Source of the DNA: Nitrosopumilaceae archaeon
Lineage (GTDB): Archaea; Thermoproteota; Nitrososphaeria; Nitrososphaerales; Nitrosopumilaceae
Direction: 5' to 3'
NCBI GenBank assembly: GCA_965209085.1
Contig: OZ242376.1
Span: 192,001 to 256,000, forward strand
DNA length: 64,000 bases
A program made the position numbers and the translations under genes. Every line of letters begins with the position of its first letter. Position 1 is the stretch's first letter. The notes beneath the pieces are model-generated. The model was not told where the DNA came from, did not search any database, and saw only the letters and a list, made by a program, of their open reading frames with translations. Below are positions 29,599 through 40,078 of this stretch, one piece after another.

Positions 29599-30879
29599 AT
29601 GAAGAAAACCATCTCTGGAATACGCGGTATCGTTGGTGAGGATCTCTCCATTGCAGACGTGATGGAATTTTGCAGTAATTTTTGCACGTTTACCAATTCA
29701 AAATGCGTGATCGCACAGGATACAAGGCCAAGCGGTGCCATGTTAAAAGAGGCAGCGTGCGCTGCCATGATGCAAAACGGAACAGACGTGCTAGATTTGG
29801 GAATTACTCCAACCCCCGTGGTCTTTTGGGAGGCAAGAAGATGCGGTGCCGGAGTGGTTGTTACATCCTCGCACAATCCGTTAGAATGGAACGGTCTCAA
29901 ATTCATAATAAATGGGTGGGGAATAAACTCAGAGCAGTTGCGCACCATAGATACAAAACAGCACATCTCAAAGATAAAACACGGTTCAGTGTTCCCGCTT
30001 GATTCCCTGTATGTGGACAATGCTGCAAAAATGATTGCAGATACATGCGACAACGAGGTGGTGGTGGACATTGGAGGAGGCGCTGCGGCAAAAACGGCTC
30101 CGGAATTGTTGAAAAAACTCGGATGTACGGTGCATACAATAAACGAAGATCTTTCCAATACAGAACGCGGTCCGGATCCCACAGCGGATCCTCTAAACAA
30201 ACTTGTAGATGCCAGCTCAAAGTACGGGTTAGGCTTTGCATTTGATCTTGACGGGGACAGAATGGTGTTGGTGGTGGATGGAAAAAAACAGTCCCCAGAT
30301 GCAACACTTGCGTTGGGTGTTGCAAAAGCTCTGGATTTGGGAATAAGGAAATTCACATTGAGCATTGATACAAGTATTGCAGTTGAAAAAATTATTCTCG
30401 AAGGTGGTGCTGAGCTGACACGCTCCAGAGTGGGGGAGGCAAACGTAGTCGAAGAGATGCACAGAACCGGAGCGCGGGCCGGCGGCGAGGGAAGCAGCGG
30501 GGGATTTATTCTGCCCGAGTTTAACTATTGCCGAGACGGCATACTTGCGGCAGGTTTTGCTGCAACCATGGATTACAAACAGGTGCGCTCTATAGTTGAT
30601 GCGGTTTCAAAATACAGCCAGAGAAGGGAAAAAGTGGCGGTAAAATCATCAATGCACGGAGAGACTCTTGCAAAGGTTGCGAGCATTATGCAAAAACAGT
30701 ACAAAGTAATTACACTTGACGGGATAAAGGGAATCGTTGATGCGGACAGCTGGGTGCTGGTGCGCGCATCCAACACCGAGGATGTCATACGCGTGTCAGC
30801 TGAATCCAACGATGCAGCAAAGTCTGCAGAACTTGCGGCAAATACCAAAAGGACGGTGCTAGAGGCAGCTGCTAGCTGA
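29599..30879 (+). CDS. Phosphomannomutase/phosphoglucomutase family protein
   Basis: SGIRG, TSSHNP, FDLDGDR, GGEGS and RASNTE motifs. Confidence 0.9.
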   Translation: MKKTISGIRGIVGEDLSIADVMEFCSNFCTFTNSKCVIAQDTRPSGAMLKEAACAAMMQNGTDVLDLGITPTPVVFWEARRCGAGVVVTSSHNPLEWNGLKFIINGWGINSEQLRTIDTKQHISKIKHGSVFPLDSLYVDNAAKMIADTCDNEVVVDIGGGAAAKTAPELLKKLGCTVHTINEDLSNTERGPDPTADPLNKLVDASSKYGLGFAFDLDGDRMVLVVDGKKQSPDATLALGVAKALDLGIRKFTLSIDTSIAVEKIILEGGAELTRSRVGEANVVEEMHRTGARAGGEGSSGGFILPEFNYCRDGILAAGFAATMDYKQVRSIVDAVSKYSQRREKVAVKSSMHGETLAKVASIMQKQYKVITLDGIKGIVDADSWVLVRASNTEDVIRVSAESNDAAKSAELAANTKRTVLEAAAS

Positions 30880-30901
30880 CGAGGATCTCATAACCGGAAT
30901 T

Positions 30902-31813
30902 ATGAGGCATGCATTCGGGATTACCGGATCAGAAAATGATATCGAATATGCGCGGATGGGCGCAGAAGGCATCGCCGTGGCAGTTGACACGATAACTTCC
31001 TCCTCTGATGTTCCAAAGGGAATGAGACCGTATGATGCGGCAAGAAAGAGCGTCATCTCATGTGTGAGCGATTTTGCAGCAAAGGGGACAAGGCCGCGGT
31101 TTGGGGTCGTCTCTGTAACGGTGCCGCCCTCGTATGATGTAAAATCCATCAAAGAGACGGCACGCGGCATTGCCGATGCGTCTAAAAAATTCAAAATTAG
31201 GATGCTTGGCGGCGATACAAGCTTTGGCGAGCTGTCAATAAGCGTCTGCCTCTTTGGACCCTCAAAAAATCCGGTTGGCCGTGGAGGGGCAAAAATTGGG
31301 GACGGAATATTTGTCACCGGACGGTTTGGTTATTCGGCTGCCGGACTACATTTGATGATGTCTGGAAAAAAACCGGCCGGATTGTTTGAGATTCGGGCAA
31401 AAAAGGCGTTTTGCAGACCTGATGCACGGCTGGATTTTGGCGCAGCATCTGCTGAACGTTTTAGCTCCTCGATTGATTCAAGCGATGGATTGGCCGTCTC
31501 GCTGCACGAGCTGGCAGGGGCCAGCGGAAAACAGTTTTTGCTGGAAAAAATTCAAATCCCGCCCGGTCTTGCAGAGTTTGCAAAAAAACACCGTATAGCA
31601 CAGGATAATCTTTTGTTTTACGGCGGCGAAGAGTATGAAATTGTCTTTACGGCACCGCAAAAACAATGGCCTGCAATATTCAGATTGGCTGCAAAACACC
31701 GCGCCTGTCTGGTTCGGATTGGAACAGTGAGGGCCGGCAGCGGGGTATCTCTGAAAACCGGCTCTGAAACGGCAAGGATCCTGCGTCGGGGCTGGAAGCG
31801 CCGCGCTATTTGA
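30902..31813 (+). CDS. thiL: Thiamine-monophosphate kinase (true start may be CTG 30869)
   Basis: VSDFAAKG, GGDT, IDSSDGL and GGEEYE motifs. Confidence 0.9.
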   Translation: MRHAFGITGSENDIEYARMGAEGIAVAVDTITSSSDVPKGMRPYDAARKSVISCVSDFAAKGTRPRFGVVSVTVPPSYDVKSIKETARGIADASKKFKIRMLGGDTSFGELSISVCLFGPSKNPVGRGGAKIGDGIFVTGRFGYSAAGLHLMMSGKKPAGLFEIRAKKAFCRPDARLDFGAASAERFSSSIDSSDGLAVSLHELAGASGKQFLLEKIQIPPGLAEFAKKHRIAQDNLLFYGGEEYEIVFTAPQKQWPAIFRLAAKHRACLVRIGTVRAGSGVSLKTGSETARILRRGWKRRAI

Positions 31814-31849
31814 AAACATTTATCAACGGTTCAAAAATCGCAGTCCATA

Positions 31850-32608
31850 GTGTCACTCATAACCACCTCCATATCTGAAGGAGTCTGTACGGTAACAATC
31901 AACCGTCCTGAAAAACTAAACGCCATGAATACGGACGTGGCAAAAGAAATTGTAACAGTTTTCAAGGATTTGGGAACCAACGATGACGTAAAGGTGATAA
32001 TTATAACCGGATCCGGAGAAAAAGCGTTCTCTGCTGGAGCCGATATTGAATACATGTCTGAAATCACGCCGGATGAATCAGTAGAATATGCAAAATTGGG
32101 ACAGCTGGTTACAGCTACAGTTGAGAGAGTAAAACAGCCTACAATCGCGGCGGTAAACGGTTTTGCACTCGGCGGAGGATGTGAGCTTGCACTTTCATGC
32201 GACATACGGCTTGCCGCAGATACGGCAAAAATGGGACAGCCTGAGGTTACAATAGGCATCCCGCCAGGATGGGGGGGAACACAGCGCCTGATGAGAATCG
32301 TTGGCATTGCAAAAGCAAAAGAACTGGTCTATACAGGCAAGATAATAAAAGCGGCAGAAGCTAAAGAGATTGGACTTGTAAACCACGTGTATCCGCACGA
32401 GTCCCTCATGGAAGAGGCTACAAACATGGCAAAAGCTATTGCCAAAAACTCTGCAATCGGAGTTCAAATGTCAAAGACTGCAATAAACCACGGAAGAAAC
32501 GCGGATTTGGAAACCGGTCTTGGTTTGGAACTTTTGGCGTGGCGCAACTGTTTTACACATGAGGATCGCAAAAACCGCATGACTGCGTTTGTCAACAAAC
32601 AAAAATAA
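31850..32608 (+). CDS. Enoyl-CoA hydratase; crotonyl-CoA hydratase/3-hydroxypropionyl-CoA dehydratase of the HP/HB cycle
   Basis: [24 protein letters not shown] and [15 protein letters not shown]. Closely resembles N. maritimus Nmar_1308 as I recall it. Confidence 0.88.
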   Translation: MSLITTSISEGVCTVTINRPEKLNAMNTDVAKEIVTVFKDLGTNDDVKVIIITGSGEKAFSAGADIEYMSEITPDESVEYAKLGQLVTATVERVKQPTIAAVNGFALGGGCELALSCDIRLAADTAKMGQPEVTIGIPPGWGGTQRLMRIVGIAKAKELVYTGKIIKAAEAKEIGLVNHVYPHESLMEEATNMAKAIAKNSAIGVQMSKTAINHGRNADLETGLGLELLAWRNCFTHEDRKNRMTAFVNKQK

Positions 32609-32646
32609 ACAATTCATAATATATGATTAAAACTGCCTGATACTAT

Positions 32647-33090
32647 ATGGATAGAGTGCATATTGCAGACTGGAGCAAGTCAAAACGGTTCAACGCTAGC
32701 ATGTTTGCCAGCTTTGTGGTGGCGTTTGTATTGTCCACTGCCGTAGCACATTACGCTTCTGATACAACCCATCACGTAAACGCCACGGCTGCACTAGTGG
32801 CCGATTATGCTGCATACTTTGGAATGTTTTCATTTGCATACTATATGCTGAACCGCAGGACCGGGGATGTCCAATCAATTAGGAGCAATATTGTCAAACT
32901 CATAACGTCCATGGGAGTGGCAGAGGCAGTATACGCGGTCATGAGATGGACGACACACTATTATTTTTTAGAGCTTGGATTTGATCCGTATGCGGCATCA
33001 ATCGTCTCGAATCTTCTCTCTGCGGCAGTATACTTTGCGACGGCAAACGTAGCAGCTAGGATTACCGGACTCTTCAAACAAAAGCAATGA
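32647..33090 (+). CDS. Four-TM membrane protein (GtrA-like)
   Basis: Four hydrophobic segments. Confidence 0.65.
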   Translation: MDRVHIADWSKSKRFNASMFASFVVAFVLSTAVAHYASDTTHHVNATAALVADYAAYFGMFSFAYYMLNRRTGDVQSIRSNIVKLITSMGVAEAVYAVMRWTTHYYFLELGFDPYAASIVSNLLSAAVYFATANVAARITGLFKQKQ

Positions 33091-33177
33091 CTTTCCCCAT
33101 TTTACGGCCAATCATGCAGGTATCCTCACGGATCATGGTTAGATTATTATGTAAATTACAAAGGCAGACTAGATGTA

Positions 33178-35268
33178 ATGTCCACATCCATCCTCTCCCC
33201 AAAATCAATAGCCGTAGTGGGGGCATCTGACAAAGCAGGCAGTGTCGGCCGTGCAATCACAAGTAACATCATCAAAGGATACAAGGGACCGATATACCCG
33301 ATAAGCCCAAGCCGACCCAAAGTCTTTGGCATAAAGGCGTACAAATCCGTTCTAGAGGTTCCAAAAAAGATAGACCTTGCCGTCATTGTAACAAAAAACA
33401 CCATCGTTCCGTATGTGCTGGAAGAATGCGGTAAAAAAGGAATAAAGGGTGCCATCGTAATTACGGCTGGATTCAAGGAAGTGGACAAAGAGGGCACAAA
33501 ACTGGAATTAAAACTAAAAGAGATTGCAAAAAAATACGGCATCAGTTTGGTCGGACCAAACTGTCTTGGCGTGATGAACCTTGATCCGAAAACAATGATG
33601 AATTCCACATTTTTAAAGATCACTCCAAAGTCCGGTCAAATTGCACTAATCTCACAGAGTGGGGCCATATGCGCCGCACTCGTAGAGGATGCAAGCGCAC
33701 AGGGAATTGGATTCTCGGCAGTAATCAGCATGGGAAACAAGGCGCAGATGAGTGAGGTAGACATGCTGCACATGCTTGCAGAGCACAAGCAGACAAAGGT
33801 AATCGTAATGTATCTGGAGGATATGGGCAACGGCCAGGAATTTCTAAAGGTGTGCCGGCATCTGACGCGGGATCTTAAAAAACCGGTTCTTGTATTAAAA
33901 TCAGGGCGCAGTCCTGAAGGTGCAAAGGCTGCAATGTCGCATACGGGCGCCCTCATGGGTTCTGATGAAACCTATGATGCACTGCTGCGTCAGTCCGGAG
34001 CAATACGGGTTGACACAATGGAGGAGCTCTTTGATTATGCCACGGCGTTTTCAAAACAGCCGCTTCCAAGAAAAGGCGATCTTGTCATAGTTTCAAACGC
34101 GGGCGGTCCGGCAATAATCTCCACGGATTCATGCTCCAAACTTGGAATAAAGATGGCAAAAATAGACAGCATACGCAAGCAAATTGATTCAGTAATTCCT
34201 CCCTGGGGCAGCTCACGCAATCCTGTTGACATTGTGGGCGATGCAGATTATGTCCGGTTTGAAAACGTATTGGACAAGGTACTGCGGCATAAAAACGTAG
34301 GATCCGTCATTACAATGTGCACGCCGTCAGCAACGCTCGACTATGACAAGCTAGCAGAGGTTGTTGTAAAAATGGCAAAAAAACATAAAAAAACAATGCT
34401 TGCAAGCCTTATGGGACTTGACGAGGGCATAAAAAATAAAGAAATTTTGGCATCTGGCGGAGTGCCGTATTATCCGTATGCTGAGCGGGCAATACACGCA
34501 CTGGGAACCATGCTGCGTTTTTCACAATGGTCCAACTCCAAACCTGGCCGGGTGAAAAAATTCCCAGTCAAAATCGCTGTGGCAAAAGAAATTATTGAAA
34601 ACGCCAGAAAACAGGGCAGAACAAGCCTGCTAGAAGAGGAGGGGCAGCAGATCCTAAAAGCGTACGGCATGCCTATTCCAAAGAGCAGGCTTGCCAAAAA
34701 CGCCGCAGACGCGCTAAAGGCTGCAAAATCAATAGGATATCCGGTGGTCATGAAGATAGTCTCACCGCAAATAATTCACAAGTCAGATGCGGGAGGTGTG
34801 GAGGTAAACCTGCAAAACCCCAACGAGATAAAATCCGCATTTGGACGCATTACAAAAAATGCCAAAAAATACAATTCAAAGGCCGAAATTAAAGGCGTTC
34901 TTGTAGTAGAGATGGTCAAAGGCGGCAAGGAGATGATAATAGGATCAAAGCTGGAACCGGGGCTGGGCCAGGTGGTAATGCTTGGAATGGGCGGAATATA
35001 CGTAGAGGTTCTCAAAGATGTCACGTTCAAACTTGCTCCCGTCTCGGATGCTGAATCGCACGAGATGGTTCACTCGCTAAAGGCCTCAAAGCTGCTGCAG
35101 GGCGTGCGCGGAGAAAAACCATCCGATATTGCATCACTTTCTGAATGCATACAGAGGCTCTCACAGCTGGTAACGGATTTGGATATACGGGAACTGGACA
35201 TGAATCCCGTACTGGTTCTTGAAAAAGGACGGGGCTGCAGGGCGCTGGACGTGCGCATCGGATTATAG
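33178..35268 (+). CDS. ADP-forming acyl-CoA synthetase, probable 4-hydroxybutyryl-CoA synthetase
   Basis: PKSIAVVGAS, GPNCLG, SQSGA, SHTGAL, HKSDAGGV and ELDMNP. Adjacent to hcd, like Nmar_0206/0207. Confidence 0.9.
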   Translation: MSTSILSPKSIAVVGASDKAGSVGRAITSNIIKGYKGPIYPISPSRPKVFGIKAYKSVLEVPKKIDLAVIVTKNTIVPYVLEECGKKGIKGAIVITAGFKEVDKEGTKLELKLKEIAKKYGISLVGPNCLGVMNLDPKTMMNSTFLKITPKSGQIALISQSGAICAALVEDASAQGIGFSAVISMGNKAQMSEVDMLHMLAEHKQTKVIVMYLEDMGNGQEFLKVCRHLTRDLKKPVLVLKSGRSPEGAKAAMSHTGALMGSDETYDALLRQSGAIRVDTMEELFDYATAFSKQPLPRKGDLVIVSNAGGPAIISTDSCSKLGIKMAKIDSIRKQIDSVIPPWGSSRNPVDIVGDADYVRFENVLDKVLRHKNVGSVITMCTPSATLDYDKLAEVVVKMAKKHKKTMLASLMGLDEGIKNKEILASGGVPYYPYAERAIHALGTMLRFSQWSNSKPGRVKKFPVKIAVAKEIIENARKQGRTSLLEEEGQQILKAYGMPIPKSRLAKNAADALKAAKSIGYPVVMKIVSPQIIHKSDAGGVEVNLQNPNEIKSAFGRITKNAKKYNSKAEIKGVLVVEMVKGGKEMIIGSKLEPGLGQVVMLGMGGIYVEVLKDVTFKLAPVSDAESHEMVHSLKASKLLQGVRGEKPSDIASLSECIQRLSQLVTDLDIRELDMNPVLVLEKGRGCRALDVRIGL

Positions 35269-35370
35269 AATAGTATGAGGTCAGTACCTCGTGCTATTTT
35301 GTGCATACATCTTCATTTATTGCATAAATTTTAGGCATGATGTGATCTCGTACATGGAATATGGTTTAAA

Positions 35371-35380
35371 ATTTATAACA
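35371..35380 (+). promoter_or_regulatory. TATA box of a leaderless hcd transcript
   Basis: ATTTATAACA with A-rich BRE, 21-30 nt upstream of the ATG at 35401. Confidence 0.55.
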
Positions 35381-35400
35381 CCAGCTCCCCATTATAATAC

Positions 35401-36900
35401 ATGGCGATTAGAACCGGCGAGGATTACATCCAGAGTCTGCGCGGAAGAAACCTCAAAATCTATCTTTTTGGCGAGCTGGTAAAAGAGCCAGTGGATCACC
35501 CCATGATACGTCCTTCAATAAACGCCGTGGCCGAGACGTACGATTTGGCGGTTCGCGAGGAAGATCTGGCATCTGCCACATCTGCCATGACGGGCAAGAA
35601 AATAAGCCGGTTTTTGCACATTGCCGAGAGCGCAGAAGATTTGGTAATGCAAAACAAGATGCAGCGCAAGCTTGGCCAAAACACTGCCACCTGTTTTCAG
35701 CGTTGCGTGGGAATGGATGCGCTCAATTCACTGCATTCTACAACATTTGAGATTGATGAAAAACACGGAACAGACTATCACAAAAAATTTCTAGCTTTTG
35801 TAAAAATAATGCACGAGGGCAACTTTGTCATCGGAGGCGCCATGACGGATCCAAAGGGAGACCGGGGCAAGGGACCGTCCGAGCAGGCTGACCCCGATCT
35901 GTTTGTTCACGTTGTTGAAAAAACCGACAAGGGTGTGTATGTTACGGGTGCAAAGGCGCACCAGACCGGATGCATAAATTCGCACTGGATAATCCTAATG
36001 CCGACGATGAACCTCTCAGAGGCGGACAAAGATTATGCGATTGTGGGTGCGATACCTGCCGACGCCAAAGGCATCACGTACATTTACGGAAGACAATCGT
36101 GTGATACGCGCAGCATGGAAGATGGCGATATTGATTCGGGCAACGCAATGTACAGCGGACAGGAGGCGATGATCATTTTAGAGAGGGTGTTTATACCAAA
36201 TGAGCTGATATTCATGTACGGAGAGCACGAATACGCATCCATGCTAATTGACAGGTTTACGTGCTATCACCGTCGCAGTTATGTCTGCAAGACCGGACTT
36301 GGCGATGTGCTTATCGGGGCTGCTGCAACAATAGCTGACTATAACGGAGTTGCAAAAGCATCCCACATAAAGGACAAACTTGTAGAGATGACCCACCTAA
36401 ACGAGACGATATTTGCAGCCGGAATTGCATCCTCATATCAGGCATTCAAGACAAAATCCGGCGTATATATGAACGATAACCTCCTCGCACAGGTGTGCAA
36501 ACATAACGTAACGCGGTTCCCGTATGAAATCAGCAGGCTTGCACAGGATATAGCAGGAGGTCTCATGGTAACACTGCCGTCGGAAAAAGATTTTAGACAT
36601 CCAGAATCGGGTCCAATGCTGAAAAAATATCTTGCCGGCAGGGAGGGAGTTGACGTGGAAAACCGTATAAGAATACTGCGGCTGATTGAAAACATGACGC
36701 TTGGGCGCAACGCCGTGGGATATCTTACCGAATCAATGCACGGAGCAGGATCTCCACAGGCGCAAAGAATACAGATTGCAAGACAGATGCAGCTTGGATA
36801 TAAAATGAATTTGGCAAAAAAACTCGCCCAGGTCAAAAACGATACGGTAGAACCCAAGGAAAACTCGGATTATTTCAAGCGCGTCTTTAAGATAATCTAG
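35401..36900 (+). CDS. hcd: 4-hydroxybutyryl-CoA dehydratase
   Basis: CFQRCVG, GAMTDPKGDR, HRRSYVC and ESMHGAGSPQAQ motifs. Confidence 0.96.
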   Translation: MAIRTGEDYIQSLRGRNLKIYLFGELVKEPVDHPMIRPSINAVAETYDLAVREEDLASATSAMTGKKISRFLHIAESAEDLVMQNKMQRKLGQNTATCFQRCVGMDALNSLHSTTFEIDEKHGTDYHKKFLAFVKIMHEGNFVIGGAMTDPKGDRGKGPSEQADPDLFVHVVEKTDKGVYVTGAKAHQTGCINSHWIILMPTMNLSEADKDYAIVGAIPADAKGITYIYGRQSCDTRSMEDGDIDSGNAMYSGQEAMIILERVFIPNELIFMYGEHEYASMLIDRFTCYHRRSYVCKTGLGDVLIGAAATIADYNGVAKASHIKDKLVEMTHLNETIFAAGIASSYQAFKTKSGVYMNDNLLAQVCKHNVTRFPYEISRLAQDIAGGLMVTLPSEKDFRHPESGPMLKKYLAGREGVDVENRIRILRLIENMTLGRNAVGYLTESMHGAGSPQAQRIQIARQMQLGYKMNLAKKLAQVKNDTVEPKENSDYFKRVFKII

Positions 36901-36970
36901 GCGCAGTTTTGTAAACTTGCATGTTCAGTCTGGCTAATTATCGCCAACATGCAATTATTTTACACATTAT

Positions 36971-37630
36971 CTAGACATTTTTCTCAGAATCTGAATCTTC
37001 TTTTTTTGGAGGATCGTCGGGTTTTTCATCAAACACTGCATCGCGGGTGGTATTATCCAAACCGTCTTTAGGTTTTTCATCATCATTTATGTTATCTGCA
37101 AAATTTTCCATTATGGCTTTTTTGTTTTTTGATTTTTTGTCGAAAAAATGTTTTGCAACCATTATGGATATGATTATGGCCATGATGATATAGTTTGTAG
37201 GGGGCATGAGTATTTTTGTCACATATCCAAGCTGGGGCACGGTAAAAATCACGGTTCCGATATACTCATCTTCTGTTATCGGATAATCGGTGCCGGGAAT
37301 TGACGCTGAATTTGCATCCCCTTTTGTTCTCAATTCTACGGGATTTTCGTTTGTTATCGATTTGACCCTGTGAACTATGACTCTTTCATGATCCGAAGGC
37401 CTGTCAAATACAATAATGTCGCCGATTTTAACTTCTGTTATTGGATTCTTTCCCTGTACTATGATAATGTCGTTTATTTCCAATTCTGGAACCATACTTC
37501 CGCTTGAAACCACATAAAACGGATTTGTAACTCCAAGCGTTACCTGTAAAAGTAGCCATACCACCGCAAGACCTGCAAGTGTGATGCACAAATCCCTTAC
37601 CACCTTGTTGGATAGTATGTTTGCAACCAT
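36971..37630 (-). CDS. Signal peptidase I (Sec11 type)
   Basis: SSGSMVP, IVHRV and TKGDAN motifs. Confidence 0.92.
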   Translation of the reverse strand: MVANILSNKVVRDLCITLAGLAVVWLLLQVTLGVTNPFYVVSSGSMVPELEINDIIIVQGKNPITEVKIGDIIVFDRPSDHERVIVHRVKSITNENPVELRTKGDANSASIPGTDYPITEDEYIGTVIFTVPQLGYVTKILMPPTNYIIMAIIISIMVAKHFFDKKSKNKKAIMENFADNINDDEKPKDGLDNTTRDAVFDEKPDDPPKKEDSDSEKNV

Positions 37631-37644
37631 TGTAATCACTTTGT

Positions 37645-38349
37645 CTAAATTTTACTGCCGCACTGTTCGCAAAACTTTGAGCCAGACTTGTTTGATTTAC
37701 CGCATTCTGGACATCCGTCAGTGGATTTTACAGCATCATCGTCTGCGCTTTTTAATAGAATTATTTCCCCAACTTTTTTTACCTGTGACCACGGTACGGT
37801 CACGACTGTTCCATCATCTTTGTCAATTGACAACACTAGGGATTTGGCATCATCTATGCCAATTTGTCCGGCACTGCCAATTTTTATTCCAGATTCGTCG
37901 TATACTGTCATACCGCCAATTGGTTTTATCTCACCGCTTACGGCGTCAGGTACTGTGGAAATTTTTTCCTGACGTGTGACAACAGTCTGCTGTTCCTGCG
38001 GTTTTGCCATTCCGATATCTCCTGCCTCGTCGGGTTTTACAAACTGACGGTATTCTGCAATAGTCGTTCCGCATTCGGTGCAGGAATATTTACCGCGTTC
38101 GGCTAGAACCAAATTATCTGCAACTTCCTCGTTTGGATTTTCATACTCAATTTCAGGGCATCCTTGCATCTCTTTTTCACATGTATTGCAAAAATATTTT
38201 GAAATAGATTCGTTTGGAAGCCTGCCAATGGGAGCCAAAAACAGATCAGGACCTCCAAGATTACCCTTGCTTTGCTGTTCATCGGTCAGTGAGGCCATGA
38301 TATAACCGCCAGAACCGCGAAGTTTTTTCATCCGTAGCTCTGAACTCAT
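37645..38349 (-). CDS. PRC-barrel and zinc-ribbon protein
   Basis: GMTVYDESG..IG and VPWSQV..VGEIILL; several CxxC pairs. Confidence 0.8.
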   Translation of the reverse strand: MSSELRMKKLRGSGGYIMASLTDEQQSKGNLGGPDLFLAPIGRLPNESISKYFCNTCEKEMQGCPEIEYENPNEEVADNLVLAERGKYSCTECGTTIAEYRQFVKPDEAGDIGMAKPQEQQTVVTRQEKISTVPDAVSGEIKPIGGMTVYDESGIKIGSAGQIGIDDAKSLVLSIDKDDGTVVTVPWSQVKKVGEIILLKSADDDAVKSTDGCPECGKSNKSGSKFCEQCGSKI

Positions 38350-38463
38350 AGATAGGCTAGTATATTACACCTTTATGTATATTTTCAACTTGAACGCATG
38401 AGGATTTAATTTGACGCCATGTACGTTTGATAATTCTTAACACTTTTAGGGCGTATTTACCAC

Positions 38464-38796
38464 ATGGTGAATATGGCTCTAGAAAAAGTTACCACTCCTG
38501 CAGAATGGCAATCCAAAGTCTTGGATTCCCCAATGCCCGTATTTGTTGACTTTTGGGCCGAATGGTGCGGTCCGTGCAGAATGGTGAGTCCTGTAGTGGA
38601 GGAACTTGCAGGCGAGTATGATGGCAAGGTAAACTTTATCAAAGTAAACGTGGATGAGGCAGGCGAAGTGGCCTCCAAATACAGCGTATTTAGCATACCC
38701 ACACTCATGCTGTTCAGCAAAGGGGAAATTATAGCACAAAACGTGGGAGCTTCATCCAAAGATTCCTACAAAAAGATGATAGATAAAGCTCTCTAG
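38464..38796 (+). CDS. trxA: Thioredoxin
   Basis: VDFWAEWCGPC and SIPTL motifs. Confidence 0.95.
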   Translation: MVNMALEKVTTPAEWQSKVLDSPMPVFVDFWAEWCGPCRMVSPVVEELAGEYDGKVNFIKVNVDEAGEVASKYSVFSIPTLMLFSKGEIIAQNVGASSKDSYKKMIDKAL

Positions 38797-38853
38797 ACCG
38801 CATATTGGAACTTTTTCAAAACCGTTTAATATCGCTAGTATGAATGATACACC

Positions 38854-39384
38854 ATGTCTCTTGGAGAAGTGGATACGCTAAATCTGTTAACTGAAAAACT
38901 GGACAGTCTATTTACGGACTCGCAGAGTTATTACGAATCCTTTCTTGACATGAACAATCTGTATAAAAACGGCAAAATCGGAGAAAAGGAATTTTTTGCA
39001 AAGCTTGGGGATTATGTGGTGGCTTATTCTGCACTGGAATTTCTCTCAGTAAAGGTAGTTTTGGAACTTAAAAAAACAATTGATAAAATGTCCAAAGGTC
39101 AGGCTCTGGGAGGAACACAATCACCTGGACTGATGCCAGGTATGGGATCTCCTGGGACGATGCCGGGAGGAATGCAGCCTAGGGTTGGATCAAGCGACAA
39201 TCCTGTTGGAGGGCCACCTGGAATAGTGTCGGCAAACCAGGAATTTAACGATCTGGGAACACTTCCATCGCCGGATCCGTCACTTGTACCGCAACAACAG
39301 CCATCTGCCAATGCGTGTTCTTCGTGCGGTTCAAATCTACGTGCGGGGGCAAAATTCTGCACATCATGTGGAACAAAAGTCTAA
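38854..39384 (+). CDS. Zinc-ribbon protein with Pro/Gly-rich linker
   Basis: C-terminal CSSCG...AKFCTSCG. Confidence 0.8.
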   Translation: MSLGEVDTLNLLTEKLDSLFTDSQSYYESFLDMNNLYKNGKIGEKEFFAKLGDYVVAYSALEFLSVKVVLELKKTIDKMSKGQALGGTQSPGLMPGMGSPGTMPGGMQPRVGSSDNPVGGPPGIVSANQEFNDLGTLPSPDPSLVPQQQPSANACSSCGSNLRAGAKFCTSCGTKV

Positions 39385-39743
39385 TCTTGCGTTGTACCGC
39401 ATTCGGTACAAAATTTTGCAGTTGATGATATTTTTATACCGCATTCTCCACAAAATCTGGATTCGCCTTCTGCAGTACTGCGGGTGCTGCCGTATGCACT
39501 TGACTGTCTGACAGCGCCGCTGGGAACATAGGTATCATCGTCAATAATGTTGGCGGGGGCAAAATCTTTCTCATCAACATACGAATACAGTCTTGGCATG
39601 GTTGAATCCTTGTCTGTCGGATCCGGTATTATGTCCCCAAGCCAAAAGGCAAATCTTGTAAGAGTCAGCTCTGGCGTGGAAAATGCAAGCGTATGGGCGG
39701 ACATATAGTCTTCGGCCGCTTTTTTCCCGTTGAATACCTTCAT
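39381..39743 (-). CDS. Zinc-ribbon protein
   Basis: C-terminal FCGECG...AKFCTECG. Confidence 0.8.
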   Translation of the reverse strand: MKVFNGKKAAEDYMSAHTLAFSTPELTLTRFAFWLGDIIPDPTDKDSTMPRLYSYVDEKDFAPANIIDDDTYVPSGAVRQSSAYGSTRSTAEGESRFCGECGIKISSTAKFCTECGTTQD

Positions 39744-39779
39744 GAGTAAACACCGTTACATTTGGTAATGTATAACTTT

Positions 39780-39854
39780 TGGTGGACCAGGAGGGAATTG
39801 AACCCTCGACTTCCGCGTTGCGAACGCGGCATTATACCACTAAACCACTGGCCC
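39780..39854 (-). tRNA. tRNA-Ala(CGC), CCA encoded
   Basis: Reverse complement GGGCCAG...CCGCG-TTCGCAA-CGCGG...GAGGG-TTCAATT-CCCTC-CTGGTCC-ACCA; G3.U70 pair. Confidence 0.93.
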
Positions 39855-40078
39855 ATGAGAAAACGTGCGGTTACAGGCGTTTTTAATCATTACGTGCCTC
39901 TTGAATACACTATAATAGCGACACGCCAATGTTCATGAGCATCTAACCATCTCTGTACTATTGGATTGAGACTATTTTTAGCTCACGAACTTTTGCGTGT
40001 GGCTAAAGATACAAATAATCTCATCATATTTCATTTTACACGAGTGTTGAAGAATGGGCCAAAAAATTAAATGAAGAA

